A stretch of DNA of 64,000 nucleotides from Camelus dromedarius (GCF_036321535.1 NC_087436.1:96350001-96414000); one strand, 5' to 3'. Counted from the first letter of the stretch, positions 39,255-53,449 are shown. Program-made: numbers and translations. The notes: a model not told the origin generated them from the sequence alone.

Positions 39255-40280
39255 ATTCCTTTGAATATATACCCAGAAGTGGGATTGCTGGATCATATAA
39301 TAGTTCTATTTCTAATTTTTTGAGGACCTTCCATACTGTCTTCATACATAAAAGCTGTACCAATATACCTTCCTACCAACAGTGTGCAAGGATTCTCTTT
39401 TCTCTCCATCCTTGCCCAAACTTGTTTTTTGTTTTTTAAATAATAACCTTCCTAGTAGGTATGAGGTGATATCTCACTGTACTTTTGATTTGCATTTCTC
39501 TGATGATTAATGCTGTTAAGCATCTTCTCATATGACCATTTTTTGGCCATGTGTATATCTTCTTTGGAGAAGTATCAATTTAGTTCCTTTACCCATGTTT
39601 TAATTGGGTTATTTGTTTTTGTTTTGTTTTTGCTATTAAGATGTATGAGTTTCTTATATAATGTGGATATTAGTCCTTTATAAGATATATGGTTTATAGA
39701 TACTTTCCCTGATTCTGTCAGTTTGTTGATGGTTTCCTTTGCTGTGCAGCTTTTTATTTTGATGTAATCTCCCTTATTTATTTTTGCTTTTGTTGCTTGT
39801 GCTTTGGGTGTCATAGCTTAAAAAAAAAAATCATTGCCAAGACCAATAGATGAAACAATCCTAAAATTCACATAGAAGCACTAAAGACTCCAAAGAGCCA
39901 GAGCAATTTTGAGCAAGGAGACAAAGCTGGAGATATCACATTTCCTTATTTCAAATGATTTTATTAAGCCATAGTAATCGGTACAGTATAGCACTGGCAT
40001 AAAAACAGACACATCAATCAATGGAAGAGAATAGAGAGCTCAGAAATAAACCTATCCATACACAGTCAAATAATCCTCAACAAGGGTGCCAAGAATACAA
40101 AATGAGGAAAGGATAGTCTCTTCAATATGTGTTGTTAGGTAAATTAGATGTCCATGTGCAGAAGAATGAAAATTTCCCCTTATCTTACACCATGAACAAG
40201 AACTGACCCAAGATGGATTAAAGACTTAAACATAAGACCTGAAGTTGCAAAACTCCTGGAAGAAAACATAGAGGAAAAAA
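39255..40280 (-). mobile_element. LINE-1 ORF2 fragment with 5' inversion (39255-39847 minus, 39845-40280 plus)
   Basis: Minus piece encodes [14 protein letters not shown].... Plus piece is the ORF2 segment immediately upstream, ending CTGGAAGAAAACATAGAGGAAAA. Confidence 0.88.
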
Positions 40281-40539
40281 TGATTTTTAAAAATAATTTG
40301 AACACTCTTAGCTAGGTTATAAGACACTCAGGGGAGTAAAACTAAATAGGAAGTGGTAAGTCAAAATAGAATTTTGCCACCTTTTCTGAATAATTGTGTT
40401 AATTAGAATATGACAATAAAATTTATTGACCATAATCCAACATGTGTTCCAATTCAATTCAAAGTTTAACTACCCTTTGAAATCAAGTGCTTGATTTATA
40501 TATGATTTAGATGGAAAATTAAGAAATCAACCATCTGTC

Positions 40540-41020
40540 CTACATAGGGTTTTTGGTAGGAAGTAACAGAAATGGTGCTGATTGGCTTAAGCATATAAGC
40601 AATTTTCCGGGACATAATTGGATAGTAGTTGTTGGGAGTGATGAAGAATCAGGCTTGGAAAATGGGAGGGGACCAGAATAGTTCAGCTCATTGGATCCAC
40701 AACCTAAAGTATCACAAGAACAGACACTAGGACAGCGTTGACTCTGCAGCTACCGAAGCCTAAACACTGCAGTGCACCCCTGCCACCACCAGTACCATTC
40801 ACTGGGTATCACCACTGGCACCACTGCCACTGGGCACTAGACATTGCCAGCATTATTGCCCTGTAATCTTCACTCTGGTTTCTGAGGCCAGGAAGCCAGG
40901 GACGGTGGCTGTCCTGCATCTAGACTCAGGCAGTACAGAGTTTTCTAAATACTAGAAGGTGTTTCAGAGGTCAGATGGTCTAAACCTTTACACATCTCCC
41001 CCCAGCAAGGGTACGGTACA
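40540..41020 (-). mobile_element. Very old MaLR LTR (MLT1L/N-like)
   Basis: GGTTTTTGGTAGGAAGTAACAGAAA...TGGCTTAAGCA start motif of antisense old MLT1. Confidence 0.5.
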
Positions 41021-41909
41021 TTTCCTCTGCTCTTGGATGGCCCAGAACGTTTGGATTCTGTGGACAAGAGATGAATGCTTTCTGCACTCCTAGTAATAAA
41101 ATTAGAATAATGATACTCCATCTGTTTAAGACTCATATACCTGACATTGGATTTTACTCCACATGGCAGTCTAGCTGAGACAAGAAAATCTAGGTAAGCA
41201 ATGAGCTAGAGCAACATGAAAAAGGCAAGAGAAGTACATTGATTCCTGGGCCTGTGGCAAACCAGAAAAGCAGATCACAGAATTTCAAAAGCAGTCTTGC
41301 AATTTAAAAGTGGAAGACACATACTTTTCCTGATATTGGGGTTCCAAGATCAAAATAGAGCCAGGAACAAGGCTTATAATAGATTCATGCTAGTAGCTAG
41401 TTAATATCCTTCAGCTTGGAGCTGGGGACTCTAGGAACCTGGGTAGATGGAAGGCAGATACTATCAAATGTAAACACAGGAGGGATCTAGGAATGGGCAG
41501 CATTAATTACTTCTTAGCTCTGACACTTGCTATTTCCTCTCTAAGCTTTTGCAGTAGCCTCCTAACTGATCTTTCTATCTTCATGCTCAATTTACCAGTA
41601 CAGCTTTTCACAAATATCTAGTTCCTTAACTTGTATTTCCTATCTTTTCTCCACTCTTCATTGCAGATTTACTCTGACAAAGTCAAGGTATATAACTCAG
41701 TATTGTAGTTTTTCATACTGAATGGCTTCACCTCCATCCTTCAAGGCTTATCCTTTCCAGGTCATTCTTATAAAAGCCTTCCCTGATTTTGCCAACTAAA
41801 TGGACTCCATCTCTATTTTGTTCCTTCTAATATTTGCATTATTGATATAAAGGCAAGGTTATGTTCCAATAACAATCAACCTCAAAATCTCATGGATTCT
41901 TTTCTTCAG

Positions 41910-44020
41910 TATCATACCAGAGATTCTAGACAGGAAAATAGGAAAATAAAATAAATAAAAGGCATTAAATTGGAAAGGAAGAAGTAAAACTGTTTATATT
42001 TGCAGGCAATGTGATCTCTTATGTAGAAAATCCCAAGAAATCCACTAAAAAAAAAAACACTAGAATAAATGAATTCAGCAAGGTCACAGAGTACAAGTTT
42101 GATATAAAAATCAATTGCATTTCTATACACTAGCAATGAATAAAACAAGAAAGAAATTAAAAAAAAAACAATTTCATTCACAATAGCACCCAAAAGATTA
42201 AAAGCTTATTAAGAATAAACTTAGCAAAAGAAGTGCAAGACCAAAACATGGCATTGTAGAAAAAAATTAAAGATCTAAATAAATGAAGATATCCTATGTT
42301 CATGGATCAGAGGATTCAATATTAAAATGGTAATATGCTCCAAATTTATCTACAGATTTAATGCAACCTCCATGAAATTCTAGCTAGTCCAGTTTCTTCT
42401 TTCCTCCCTTCCTTGCTTCCTTCCTGCCTGTCTGCCTGCCTGCCTGCCTGCTTTCCTTCCTATCCCTCCCACCCTCCCTCCCTACAGAAATTGACAAACT
42501 GACTCTAAAATTCATGGAAATGCAAAACCTACACCGGTCAAATCAATCCATAAAAAAGAATGACAAGGTTGAAGGACTTACACTATCAGATTTTAAAACC
42601 TATTACAAAGCTATAGTAAATAACACAGTGTGGTACTGGCATAGAATAAACTAATGTAGAATAGTATTAAAAGACCAGAAATAAATCATTATGTTTATGG
42701 TCAAATGCTTTTTGACAAAGGTTCCAAGACAATTCAATAGGAGAAATCTTTTCAACACATAGTTCTGGGATAACTGGATAGCAACATGCAAAAGAATGAA
42801 TTTAGACCCCTACTCACACTACACATAAAAATGTGCTTAAAATGGATCCTAGATCTAAATGTAAGTGCTAAAACTATAAAATTCTTATAAGAAGTTATAG
42901 GAGTAAATCTTTGTGATCTTGGTTTAGACAATATCTTCTTAGATAAATCACCCAAAACACAAGTGATAAAAGAAAAAAATCAAAACATTGAACTTGATCA
43001 AAATTAAAAAATTTTGTCTTGCAAACATGCCAACAGGAAAGAGAAAAGCCAACCCACAGAACAGGAAACAATATTTGCAAATTAAGTATTTGATAAGGGT
43101 CTTGTGTATAGTTTATATAATAAACTCTTTTAATTCAATAGTAAGACATTTACCAATTATAAAATGATAAAAGAATTTAGTAGACATTTCTCAAGAAAAG
43201 ATTTACAAATGATAAATAAGTACATGAAAGGATGCACAACATTATTACTCATTAGGGAAATGCAAATCAAAATGACAGTAAGATACCATTGCATACCCAC
43301 TTGAATGACTATACTAAAATAGCCAGACAATAACAATTTTTGGTAAGGATGTGAAAAATTGGAAGCTTTAAGCACTGCTGATGTGAATATAAAATGATAC
43401 AGTCACTTTGGAAATCAGTTTGGCAGTTCTCCAAATTGTTAAACATAATTACATATGATCCAGTGATTCCACTCCTAGAGAAATTCCAAGAGAAACAAGA
43501 ATATTTATTGACACAAACTTGTATGCAAATGTTTGTAACAGCATTATTCATAAATGCCAAAAAAGTGGAAACAATCCAAATGTCCATCATGTGATGAACA
43601 GATAAACAAAATGTGATACATACATACAATGTATTCAGCAATAAAAAGGAATACATTACTGAAAGATGCTACACCATGGATGAATCTTGCTTAGTGAAAG
43701 AAAACAGTCACAAAAGACCACATATTATACAAGTCAATTTATGTGAAATGCTCAGAATGGCTAAATTTATAGAGACAGAAGTAGATTAGTGATTGCCTAG
43801 AGCTGGGAAGATGAAGGAGAAATGGAGAGTGATGCTGATGGGTATGAGATTTCTTGTTGATGAAATCTTCTAATGATGTTGTTCTGATGAAACTTTTCAA
43901 AAATTAGATTATGGTGATGGTTCTACAACTTTGTAAATGTACTAAAAACTACTGAATTGTGTACTTTAAACAGGAGAATTTTGTGGTATATAAATTATAT
44001 CTCCATTAAACTATTTAAAC
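41910..44020 (+). mobile_element. 5'-truncated L1MB-like LINE-1 (ORF2 3' part and 3' UTR)
   Basis: ORF2 remnants (QSLWKSVWQF, YDPVIPLL, MFVTALF). L1MB-type 3' UTR GTAGATTAGTGATTGCCTAG...AAATTATATCTC. Confidence 0.9.
42394..42484 (+). repeat. Compound pyrimidine-rich microsatellite (CTTC/CCTG/CCCT)n inside the L1
   Basis: Directly visible. Confidence 0.85.
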
Positions 44021-44503
44021 ATCACAGAGGTTAAATACAGCAAAAGTTTCTCACTCATGCTACATATTCAGTGAAGATTGGAAGAGGGGCTTTGCTCATA
44101 GTGGATGCTTTAAGACCCTGACTGATGGAAGCTCCACTTTCTCATATACTTGTATGATCACTAAGGTAGGACACAAGGAATGTGGTGAGTTGCCTACTGG
44201 CCCTTAAAATTTCCACCTGGAAATTACATAGATAACTTCTACTCATGTTTTACTAGCCAGAAAAAGTCACATGATCACACCCAACTGTAGGGAGGGTGAA
44301 TAATTTTAACTCAGCCATAAACCTGGGAGAAAAGAACTGGAATATTTGTGGAGTATTAGTCCTTTCTTCTTTCCTAGGTTTTAATTCCTGAGAACAGTGA
44401 CTCCATATTGCCTCATTGCAATAGAAAAGCAAATTTCCTTCCATTTTTGTTTTTCTTTTTGAATAAGATGGAACAATTTACATGAGTAAGATTAAAAAGA
44501 AAA

Positions 44504-44546
44504 CGCACACACACACGCACACACACATACACACACGCACACACAC
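44504..44546 (+). repeat. Imperfect (CA)n microsatellite
   Basis: Directly visible. Confidence 0.9.
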
Positions 44547-46929
44547 CAGTCTAGAATAGTGCTTTCTTCACAATAAATGTTTCATAATTATGAGCCTGTT
44601 GAATAAATGAACATGAAAGGATTAAGCAATGGTGCAGAGCCGTGAATGATAAAGAATGCGGATTAAGGATGAGCACACCAGCAGTTCAGAAAGGAGGAGC
44701 TCAAGGTGAGTGGAGGTGGCGGTGGCACAGTAATAGGAGTTCCCCACCTGTATCTCTGGTATCAGTGCAGATGGATCACTAAGAACTGCTGCAGTGACCC
44801 AGATGGACCGTGGTATCTGTGTCACAGTTTGTTTTCTTCCCAGACACGGCCTGGGCAGAGCCCTGTGAGCTTAATGAGGGCAGAAAAGAATCGGATCCGG
44901 AATCACTTAACCTTTCTGAATTTCCGTTTGCAAATCAAGATTGTCAAACGTAGCTGTGGAACACGGTAAAGCTCTGTGATAAAAGGTGCTATTAGGGTTG
45001 TGTGCAAACATCTATTAAGGAGCAGAACAGAACTTCATGGATATGGAGTCCCTGAAAATGTCAAAGCTTCAGTAGTCAGTCTGGGGTTAAACCTGTATCC
45101 TGATGAATTCAGAGTTTTTACAGACATGTTTTAATGAAGACCCCCTTCTTTCCAGAAATTCATTAGGCAGCACAGTTGTACATACACTTGAGTCATTTTT
45201 ACATCATGAAGACATTATTAAATTAAAAGGAGTGCTGAGAGTGCTTTCAAGGTATTGCTAATTCTTTCAATATATTAGACTTTCAAGCAAAAATTTACAG
45301 CTGTGTTAACTGGAAGCAATCAAAATCTCTACTTCCTTCATATTCTTATTAGCCATATCTCTTGATTAATTTCAGTTCTTAAGGAAACGACCTTTTCCCT
45401 CAAGAAAGCTTTTTACATGCCTATTGTCAGTGTTGGTTGTTATAGTGACAAAATTAACCTGATCATGGCCACACTCCACTACCTGGTCTACAGACAACTC
45501 TAAACACAGAGAGAACAGTTAACCTATTCCTAGAAAATAGTCTCTATTTTTAAAATCTTCCTTTTTAAAAAATTTCTGTTAAAAATATTTCTTTCCTTCT
45601 CCCTTCTGAAGGGAACAGTAAGGATTTCAATTAAAAAGTCAGGGGGAAAAAACCAATAGCAAAAACAAAAACACTTACCACTAAAGCAACTGTAAGTCTT
45701 AGTTTAATCTATTGTAAAATGAGAAAAAAAAAAAACCTAAGAGATACAGGAGCAGATTTCAATTTTTGAAAACCCTTGTAATTATGGAAAGAATAGGGAA
45801 TATGAATCATTTGGAAACAGGAACAGTGTAGAAGCTATAAATTAAAATCTATACAGCCAACCTTAATAGTTAGCTTTTTGGAAAGACATAGAATGTCTAC
45901 TAGGCGTGAAAAGCAAAACCATTTTCTTACTGTAGCCATTTCTTTGAGCTTTTTCTTTGGAATTACATAGCACTTAGCATAAAGGAGGTTCTTAATAAAT
46001 GCTTCTAGAATGAATTGCCAATACCTGGCAAATGATCTTGGAATATATTCAAAATAGCAGACAAGCTGTTGAATCTAGCAAAGGCACACATACCTGTATT
46101 AACATTAGGAAAGCCATATGTGGCATAGAATATTTTTAGTATTTCCCTAAGAGAACCACACTACTGTTAATTCTGAAAAAGGAAAGTATCATCACAGCCT
46201 AGAGTTGCAAAGACAATCATGAATAACACCACAGAAATACCCATATAGGACTTCTGATGTAAACTGATAAATACTTCAACATTTATCTCTTCCCTATTTA
46301 CCTTTTCCATCAGAGGAGAAGTGGCAAAATTGGTCATGTGACACTTTGCACCTTGTAGATAAACACAGTTTATTTCAGCAAGAATTTATTGAGCACCTAT
46401 CACCTTCCTTGTTCTGCAAAGTGAATACATGTCACCATAGAATATAGGCTACTGATGAAGAATCTTGAGGAAAGACAGACAGAGGGAGGAAAGAATGACA
46501 TTAAAATTTTAGTTCTAAAAAAAATGAAGGAGCAACAACTGATGTTTACTTTATGCATCGTTATTTTCTAATTCCCTTCCTCCATCTGGCTCAAGACATG
46601 AGAATTATAGTAAGTGAAGAAAGCTCTCCATCTGCTAAAAATGTAGAATGCAGCACTTAATCTTGTGGGCAGTCACACAGAGCACCAAGAAGTTTCTCAC
46701 CATTGAAATGATAAAAGCAGGATTCTATCTTTAGCCAAGTGTAGCTGATACAGATTTTGGAGCTAGCTCTACTGTATGAATAGTTAGGTCTGCAAATATT
46801 TGCAAATAGACCAAGCGTCTAGTGCTCTTCTTTGCTTTCCAGTGAGATGAAACACATGATGCAACTGGTATAATGCTCACAAATTAGGAAGACAACTTGT
46901 CATACGATATAAGTAAATAGGTAGGCATT

Positions 46930-47475
46930 TGTTGTATGTACCTCTCGTCTTTGGTCCCTTGCTCTCCCATTCTGTGACCTCCTTTCACATGGATGCAGTG
47001 GTAGCTCTGGCTGCCATGTTCATATAACGTTAAGTCAGTTACAGGGTGGACTTCTCAGAGTTCCTTCTCTGGGAATTTGGGTGGCTGGACCTGTAACTGG
47101 TAAATCCAGGACAGATCATCAGCGGTCATACTTCTTCCATGTGCACAAGAGAAGCAGTGGAAGCTACTGTAGATGAAGTCAGAGTAGGTCAAGGACTACA
47201 GAGAGCACCAGAAGTAGAAAAAGAGCTAAAAAGCAAGAGAGAAGAGTGAGAGTGAGAGAGAAAGACTTGCAACGGACACATAGCCAAGAGGCAAGAGGCA
47301 GAAAATGGGTCCAGATGGAGCTTGAATCTGTAAGTCACAGTTACTCCTGAGATCAGCCTGCATCCCAGCCTTTTGAAGCCATGAGAAAGAAACCCTTCTT
47401 TGTAGTGAAGTCCTCCTTGTTTGTCTAAATACCTCAAGTGGTTTCTGTTGTTTGCCGTCTTGCCAATGTTATATG
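46930..47475 (+). mobile_element. Very old MaLR LTR (MLT1K/L-like)
   Basis: AG-rich middle and 3' end TAAATACCTCAAGTGGTTTCTGTTGTTTGC. Confidence 0.45.
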
Positions 47476-48859
47476 TCCAAGCAACGATGTGGTTGTTTCT
47501 GAGCATTTATTTCCCCTTCTCTCTCTCTCACTTGATCCAGGAGGGACTTTCTCCCTATAATAGCTCACATCAAAGTAGAAACAGTGATTCAAACAAGTCC
47601 TTTACCCTATGGCAGACAAGAAGCTTGCCTGAAGGTCCCTTTCTGTTCAGTTAGATATTACTGTCCCTGGGGGAAGGGAGAGAGAAGGCAGAAACTCATC
47701 TAGCAATCAATGGGAGAGGAAGGATGGGTTGGAGAGGAAAGGGTGAAAACTTTCATTTAGGAGGACCAAGAGCAGAGTGGAAGAACTCAAAGGTTGAACA
47801 CATCCTACCTGTTAACTCATCCCTGCCATTTACTGGACCTGGACCCTGTTAAGTACTTTGATTAGACAGTAGGAAATTTGGACTTCTTTACGGGGTTGGG
47901 TTAACACAACCGCAACCCACACTAACCACAGTTTATAACTTCATGGCTATTTCACCATCAGCAGAGTGAAATGCAAGTGATTGTCTAGATATTTCAGGTA
48001 ATTAAAAGGAAAGTCATTAAGACTGAAAACTATTACCCAACTTATCACAACGTTCAGGTCAAGGTCTATGACACAGGGATTTTCAGTGGATACCTGTCTG
48101 AGGACATCCATCTATTTGAGGACATGTTCATCTGCAGGTGTACATAAAGTGAAGTCAGTTCAGCTAAATGTGAAAAGGAAACAGTTAAAGTAGGACCTTA
48201 CTTGAAAGGAAGAAGATGGTATCCTTCTTTTGAAGCTATAGCTGAGAAAGCTCAGATAGCTCGGACATCACCGGGATAATTCAAGCCTGGATGGGCCCCT
48301 CTTCCATGCGGATTACCCTGGCTCTCAGGACTCCGTAGTAACAGGAATCATTAACAAGCATGTGGATGTTTTAGCTAATCCTGCAGTCTTTGTGTCTCTA
48401 AGAAACAGATCTTTGACGAACGACATGGTTTGTATGCCTGACTCTGTCTGCTCCTTCTTCTCTGCTGTGCTCATCTAAGAAGAAATGACAGCTGAGGTTA
48501 GGCCCTGGCCACACAGCAAGTCAACTGACTCTTGTTTTCAACCTCATATCCATAGCCACCTTTGTCATATCTTTGCCCATCTGACTTCTGGCCTGCCTGA
48601 CATCTCCAATCTTTCTTCCCCACTCTCCTACTCAATTTCTTTCAAATTTCACAGCCCTGTACATTCTGATCATGCGCTCAACTCCCAGGCTACTGATACC
48701 CTGCCTACACTAGCCATGAAGGATGCCATCTGCTTCAGGGGAAGTGGGAGTTCCCATCTGCTCAAACGCATGACTGGGAACTCAGTTAAGGTGCAAGGAA
48801 GTGGGGCAAAGGGAAGTCTGGAATAAGAAGAGTGTGGAAGGAACTGAGTCAGCAGCTCA

Positions 48860-49400
48860 GGAATTTGGCACAGTTCTAGGAACTGGGGATACTGAGATAA
48901 ATATGAACATCATTTTTTAGTAGTGCAAACAGAAAATAGACAGTTTGATGAATAGATAAATAAGGTAACCTAGGTATTGATAAGAAATATGATTTTTAAA
49001 AGAGGGTATAGTATAAAGAGTTTGGAAGGAGTGTCCAATTTAAATAGGATATTCAGGAAAGTCTCTCTGAGGAAGTGGCATTTGAGCTGAGACCCGAATG
49101 ATGAGAAGGATCCACCCAGGCAGGCATTTAGTGGAAGAACATTACAGGTAGGGACAAACCACAGGGCAGGGCTGAGTCAAAACAAGCTGGCCTGTTATTG
49201 AATCAGTGGGGCTGAGCAACAGTTAATGAGGGAAAGCGTGGTCTTAGATGCCTTAAAGGGCATCTAGGCAGAGACCAGTTCCAATAGGATCTTGCGGGCT
49301 GTCGGAAAGTGATCAGGCAGCTTTTGGAGTGTGTTAAGCCTAGAAAATAGCATCATGAGATTTATGTTGTTAAAGTCCAAGTGGGCATAGAAATGAGCTG
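48860..49400 (-). mobile_element. L2 fragment
   Basis: TCAGGAAAGTCTCTCTGAGGAAGTGGCATTTGAGCTGAGACCCGAATGATGAGAAGGA. Confidence 0.8.
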
Positions 49401-51028
49401 CTGGAGGGCCATCTGAGGGACTCCAGCTGGGCGGACGGCTTGGGCTAGAAATGTCGAGTAACTTGCTCAAAGATGCTCAGCTGGTAAGTCAAGAACAAGG
49501 AGCCAGGGTTTAGAGGGAAGAGAGGAGTTGAACAGCAACTCACCATTCTCTCCTGAGCCTCTTGTTCTCCCTGACCTAGACTGTTGGCTGATATTCTAGC
49601 TCTGCTGTGAAACCAAGGGCGTAGACGTTAGTCGTTCTTTTTGTCAGCCTGGTACCTTTGAACATACCTACTTTGGGGAGTTCTCTACTTTAAGGATCTC
49701 TACAGAAGATATCAGAAACTAATTTTTCCAGCTTTGTGTGTGTGTGTGTGCAATTATGGCATAAGCATGGGATCTAAATGCTGCCAACCGGAGATGAATA
49801 TATAAGTCATAGATTTGAAAGGTAGTGATGAGAAGCAGGCACTGAGAAGAACCTGTTGTGGTAAAGGCTGCCCAGAGACCTGTGGCTTCCAGAGACAGCA
49901 GAGGAGGAGGCTCTGAAGTTGCTTAAGTTGGTTGGTTCTTTTGACTGACTACTTAGGAATCATGGCTGATACCTCCATCTTCTGATGGGATGAAACTACG
50001 GGGTTGAAAAAGTCAAAGGAGAGAAAACTAAAAATAATAGTCTCAGAAGACTCTCTCCCATCCCAGCTTGCCTGCAGATTCTGCAAACTGCCCTAATTCC
50101 TACTACAGAATGGAACACAAGAGCTGCTTAACAATGTCTAATGGACTAAGAAAAGGTGAAATGAAGTTTGTCAGTAGGCTACAAACTGGGCAGATAACCT
50201 GCCTGTTACTGAAAGTGATTTCTCACCATTAGGGCAAAGTGAAGAGCAGTAACTATAGTTTTGGGCTCTTTCACAGAAATCATTTTGCAAATAGTAGTGT
50301 TCACTCAGTACTTGGCTTCTCACCAATGTTACCAAAGAATGTGCAGTTTCTCACTCATCAGCAATATTTGTAGGCACTTTTCCCACTACAACTGGAAATC
50401 ACAAAGAAAAATAAGTGAAGAAAACCCTACCAACTACTCCTCATGAGGAATTCTAGTGAATAATAAGAGCTTGAAATACACCACCAGCTCCGAATCCCCA
50501 GTGCCCAGGATAGTTGCTTATGATAAATTACAAGAAAATAAAAAAAGAAAAAATTGAGAAAGACTTTCAATAAGATTTAAGAATATGCTCTTTAATATTA
50601 TTTTAATTATTCAGTATTTCTTAAGAGATTTCTCTCAAGAGAAAATTGAAAAGGTATAATAAATCTGAATCTCAAACACAGATTATACCTTTTTAATGAG
50701 TTGCTTTCTCCTTGGGTCCAAGTTCACTCTGATAATTAGCTAAGACCTCAGAACATGGTTTCCCTTAGGCCACAAGAGGAAAAAGGAAACACATTTGCCT
50801 CACTGCTCACCATTGACCAAAGTCTTCCTCTTGGTGCCATTTTTAAAGTAGTATACACTATAGTAAAGTTGACTATGTGTAAAGTCTTTCAGGAACTGGT
50901 GTCTATCAACGAGAACTATTTCTTTTACATATCTGGCTTACTAACCTGACTGTGAAAAGAACTGAAGTCTCATCTTTTTTTGTTTTTAATTTGAAAATGT
51001 AAGCTCTTTTTTCCCCCCATTTGTATTG

Positions 51029-51557
51029 TTTTTTTTTTAACATTTTTTTTATTGAGTTATAGTCAGTTTACAATGTTGTGTCAATTTCCAACGTAGAGCA
51101 CAATTTTTCAGTTATAGATGAACATATATATATTCATTGTTGCATTCTTTTTCACCATGAGCTACCACCAGATCTTGTATATATTTCCCTGTGCTATACA
51201 GTATAATCTTGTTTATCTATTCTACATATGTCTGTCAGTATCTACAAATTTCAAACTCCTAGTCTGTCCCTTCCCCCCCCTTCCCCCCTGGTAAACACAA
51301 GTTTGTATTCTATGTCTATGGGTCTGTTTCTGTTTTGTATTTATGTTCTTTTTTTTTACTCCACATATGAGTGATCTCATATGGTATTTTTCTTTCTCTT
51401 TCTGGCTTAGAATGACATTCTCCAGGGACATCCATGTTGCTGCAAATGGCATTATGTTGTCATTTTTCATGGCTGAATAGTATTCCATTGTATAAATATA
51501 CCACATCTTCTTTATTCAGTCATCTGTCGATGTACATTTAGGCTGTTTCCATGTCTT
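51029..51557 (-). mobile_element. Young, short LINE-1 3' end (camelid-type)
   Basis: Poly-T head. Minus-strand [17 protein letters not shown]...[16 protein letters not shown] (L1 3' region). Closely related to the copy at 60452-61595. Confidence 0.9.
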
Positions 51558-51825
51558 CATTCTCCTTATTCCTCCACCTCAATTATCAGCAGTGCAGTGG
51601 GCACTGGCCTTACTGACTCAGATTCCACTAGGAGCAAATCTATGATATCATCTCTTTAGAAGGATCAGGGCAGGGAGAGAGAAGGTGCTTTATGTGTGTG
51701 TGAATAGCTTAATGTTGGGTCCTCTATGAACATGTCTCCAAGGTATACTTTCCTTCCATTTATGACATGCTTCCCCATGAGAGAATTTGTTTATTAATTG
51801 ATTGTTAATTAATTGATCATAGGGG

Positions 51826-52172
51826 TTGCTACAAGTTGTGTTTCCCCCAAGTTCAGATGTTGAAACCTAACCCTCTAATGTGATGATATTAGAGGTGGGG
51901 GTCTTTGGGATGTGATTAGGTCATGAGGGTGGAGCTCTCATGAATGGGATTAGTGCCCTAATAAAAGAGGGCTCAGAGAGCTCTCTTGTCCCTTCTGCCA
52001 CCTGAAGACACAGCAAGAAGATGGCCATCTATGAACCAAGAGGACTCACCCCAGACATTGAATCTGTTAGTGCTTTGATCTTGAACTTCTTAGCTTCCAG
52101 AATGTGAGAAATGAATTTCTACTGATTATAAGTCACCCAGTCTATCATATTTTTGTTGTAGCAGATACTACA
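51826..52172 (+). mobile_element. MLT1A0-like solo LTR
   Basis: GATTAGGTCATGAGGGTGGAGCTCTCATGAATGGGATTAGTGCCCT...AGTCACCCAGTCTAT. Confidence 0.88.
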
Positions 52173-53449
52173 GAGGTAAATCAAGTGCGTTGGAAGTTGG
52201 CCCCGTGGATTAGCCAAGATTTATGAAAACAGTGCCTTTGAGCAAAGACTTGAAAGATGAGAAGGGTTTCAAAGGAAGGAGATGGTCATTCTTCAAAGAA
52301 CAAAGGCAAGGAAGCAGAAATATTAGTGGACTGTTGGAGGATCTTTACAGATATATGGAGTTTTTATACAGAGCAAGATGTGGAGAAGGCACAGAAAACA
52401 AATCCCAGAAGCTCTGTGTTTTTTCTGGTCTCCCCACTGCCTGGCCCAGAGTAGTATTCTGTAACTACTTGTCCAATGAGCCACGCTTTGGGTAGGGGTT
52501 TGAGCTTTATTGTGAGGGCAAAGAGGAGTCATTGAAAGTTATAAAAAACAATTTGGGAACTTTATTTAACATGAACAATATTCTAAGTGTTATTTTTTTT
52601 ACTTCTCAAACTTTATCTTCACCTTCACTACCTCCCTTAACCCACCTTTTCAAATACTGCTATTACTTCAGAATTTGTCTTCTGCTTTGCAGTGATGTTT
52701 GACTTCACACCTTTTATGCCCTTAGAATTGTGCGCTGCCGCTTACTTTGGTGATATGCTGCTCTTCCAAAATATTCTTTATTAGAAGACTGTAAACTCTT
52801 TGAAGATGAATTCTGGAGAAACTCTTGAGGGTATCTTTACACAGTAAAGGAACTGTAATGTTTTTGACAAATGTCTGGGCTCACTTATGGTGACAACCTT
52901 GGGCCAGACACTTTCAGCTCAGAAAGATAGGATAGCAGGAAGTAGAACATAATTTCTCTTTCTGATCTAGTCAATCAGAAAAGACCCACAAAGATAAGAA
53001 TACCCAATGTGTCTTGGAGGGCTGATGAGACGGTATAACCAAGAGTGCTACAAATTTTAGTTGAAGTCTAGATAGGTTTTGACGGCAGTTAAACTTCATA
53101 AATGCAATTTACACATGGGACCATTTTCGCCCTAATCTTCGCATCACTTCTGCAAGTAGATCTTCTTTCCAGACTGATGGCAGCTCTGTGTCAAACCAAT
53201 CAGCAGAGATGTGAATTGAGTTACATGCTACAGTGATTTATTTCATTAACATTTGGTTTAGGTATCAAATGCTAAAATCATTTCTCAAGTTACTGTGGCC
53301 AGAATTTCCTATCTCAAGTTATATTGTTGGCAAAAACTTGAATATATAACTCTTATAGTGCAATTTACAGCAATAGTCATTGATTTTACTTTGTCATATG
53401 AAACAAGATTAGAAACTAATTAAAATCTGAGAGTGTTAAAAATAGGACT

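Larger units (their letters stand above)
41855..44365 (-). mobile_element. MLT1J-like LTR split by an L1 (pieces ~41855-41900 and ~44025-44365)
   Basis: AATAACAATCAACCTCAAAATCTCATGG on the left; TTTCTCACTCATGCTACAT...CTAGCCAGAAAAAGTCACATG on the right. Confidence 0.65.

Noticed and set aside
48234..48269. Small imperfect hairpin GCTAT..CTGAG-AAAG-CTCAG-ATAGC
   Set aside because: Too short to distinguish from chance; no ncRNA features.
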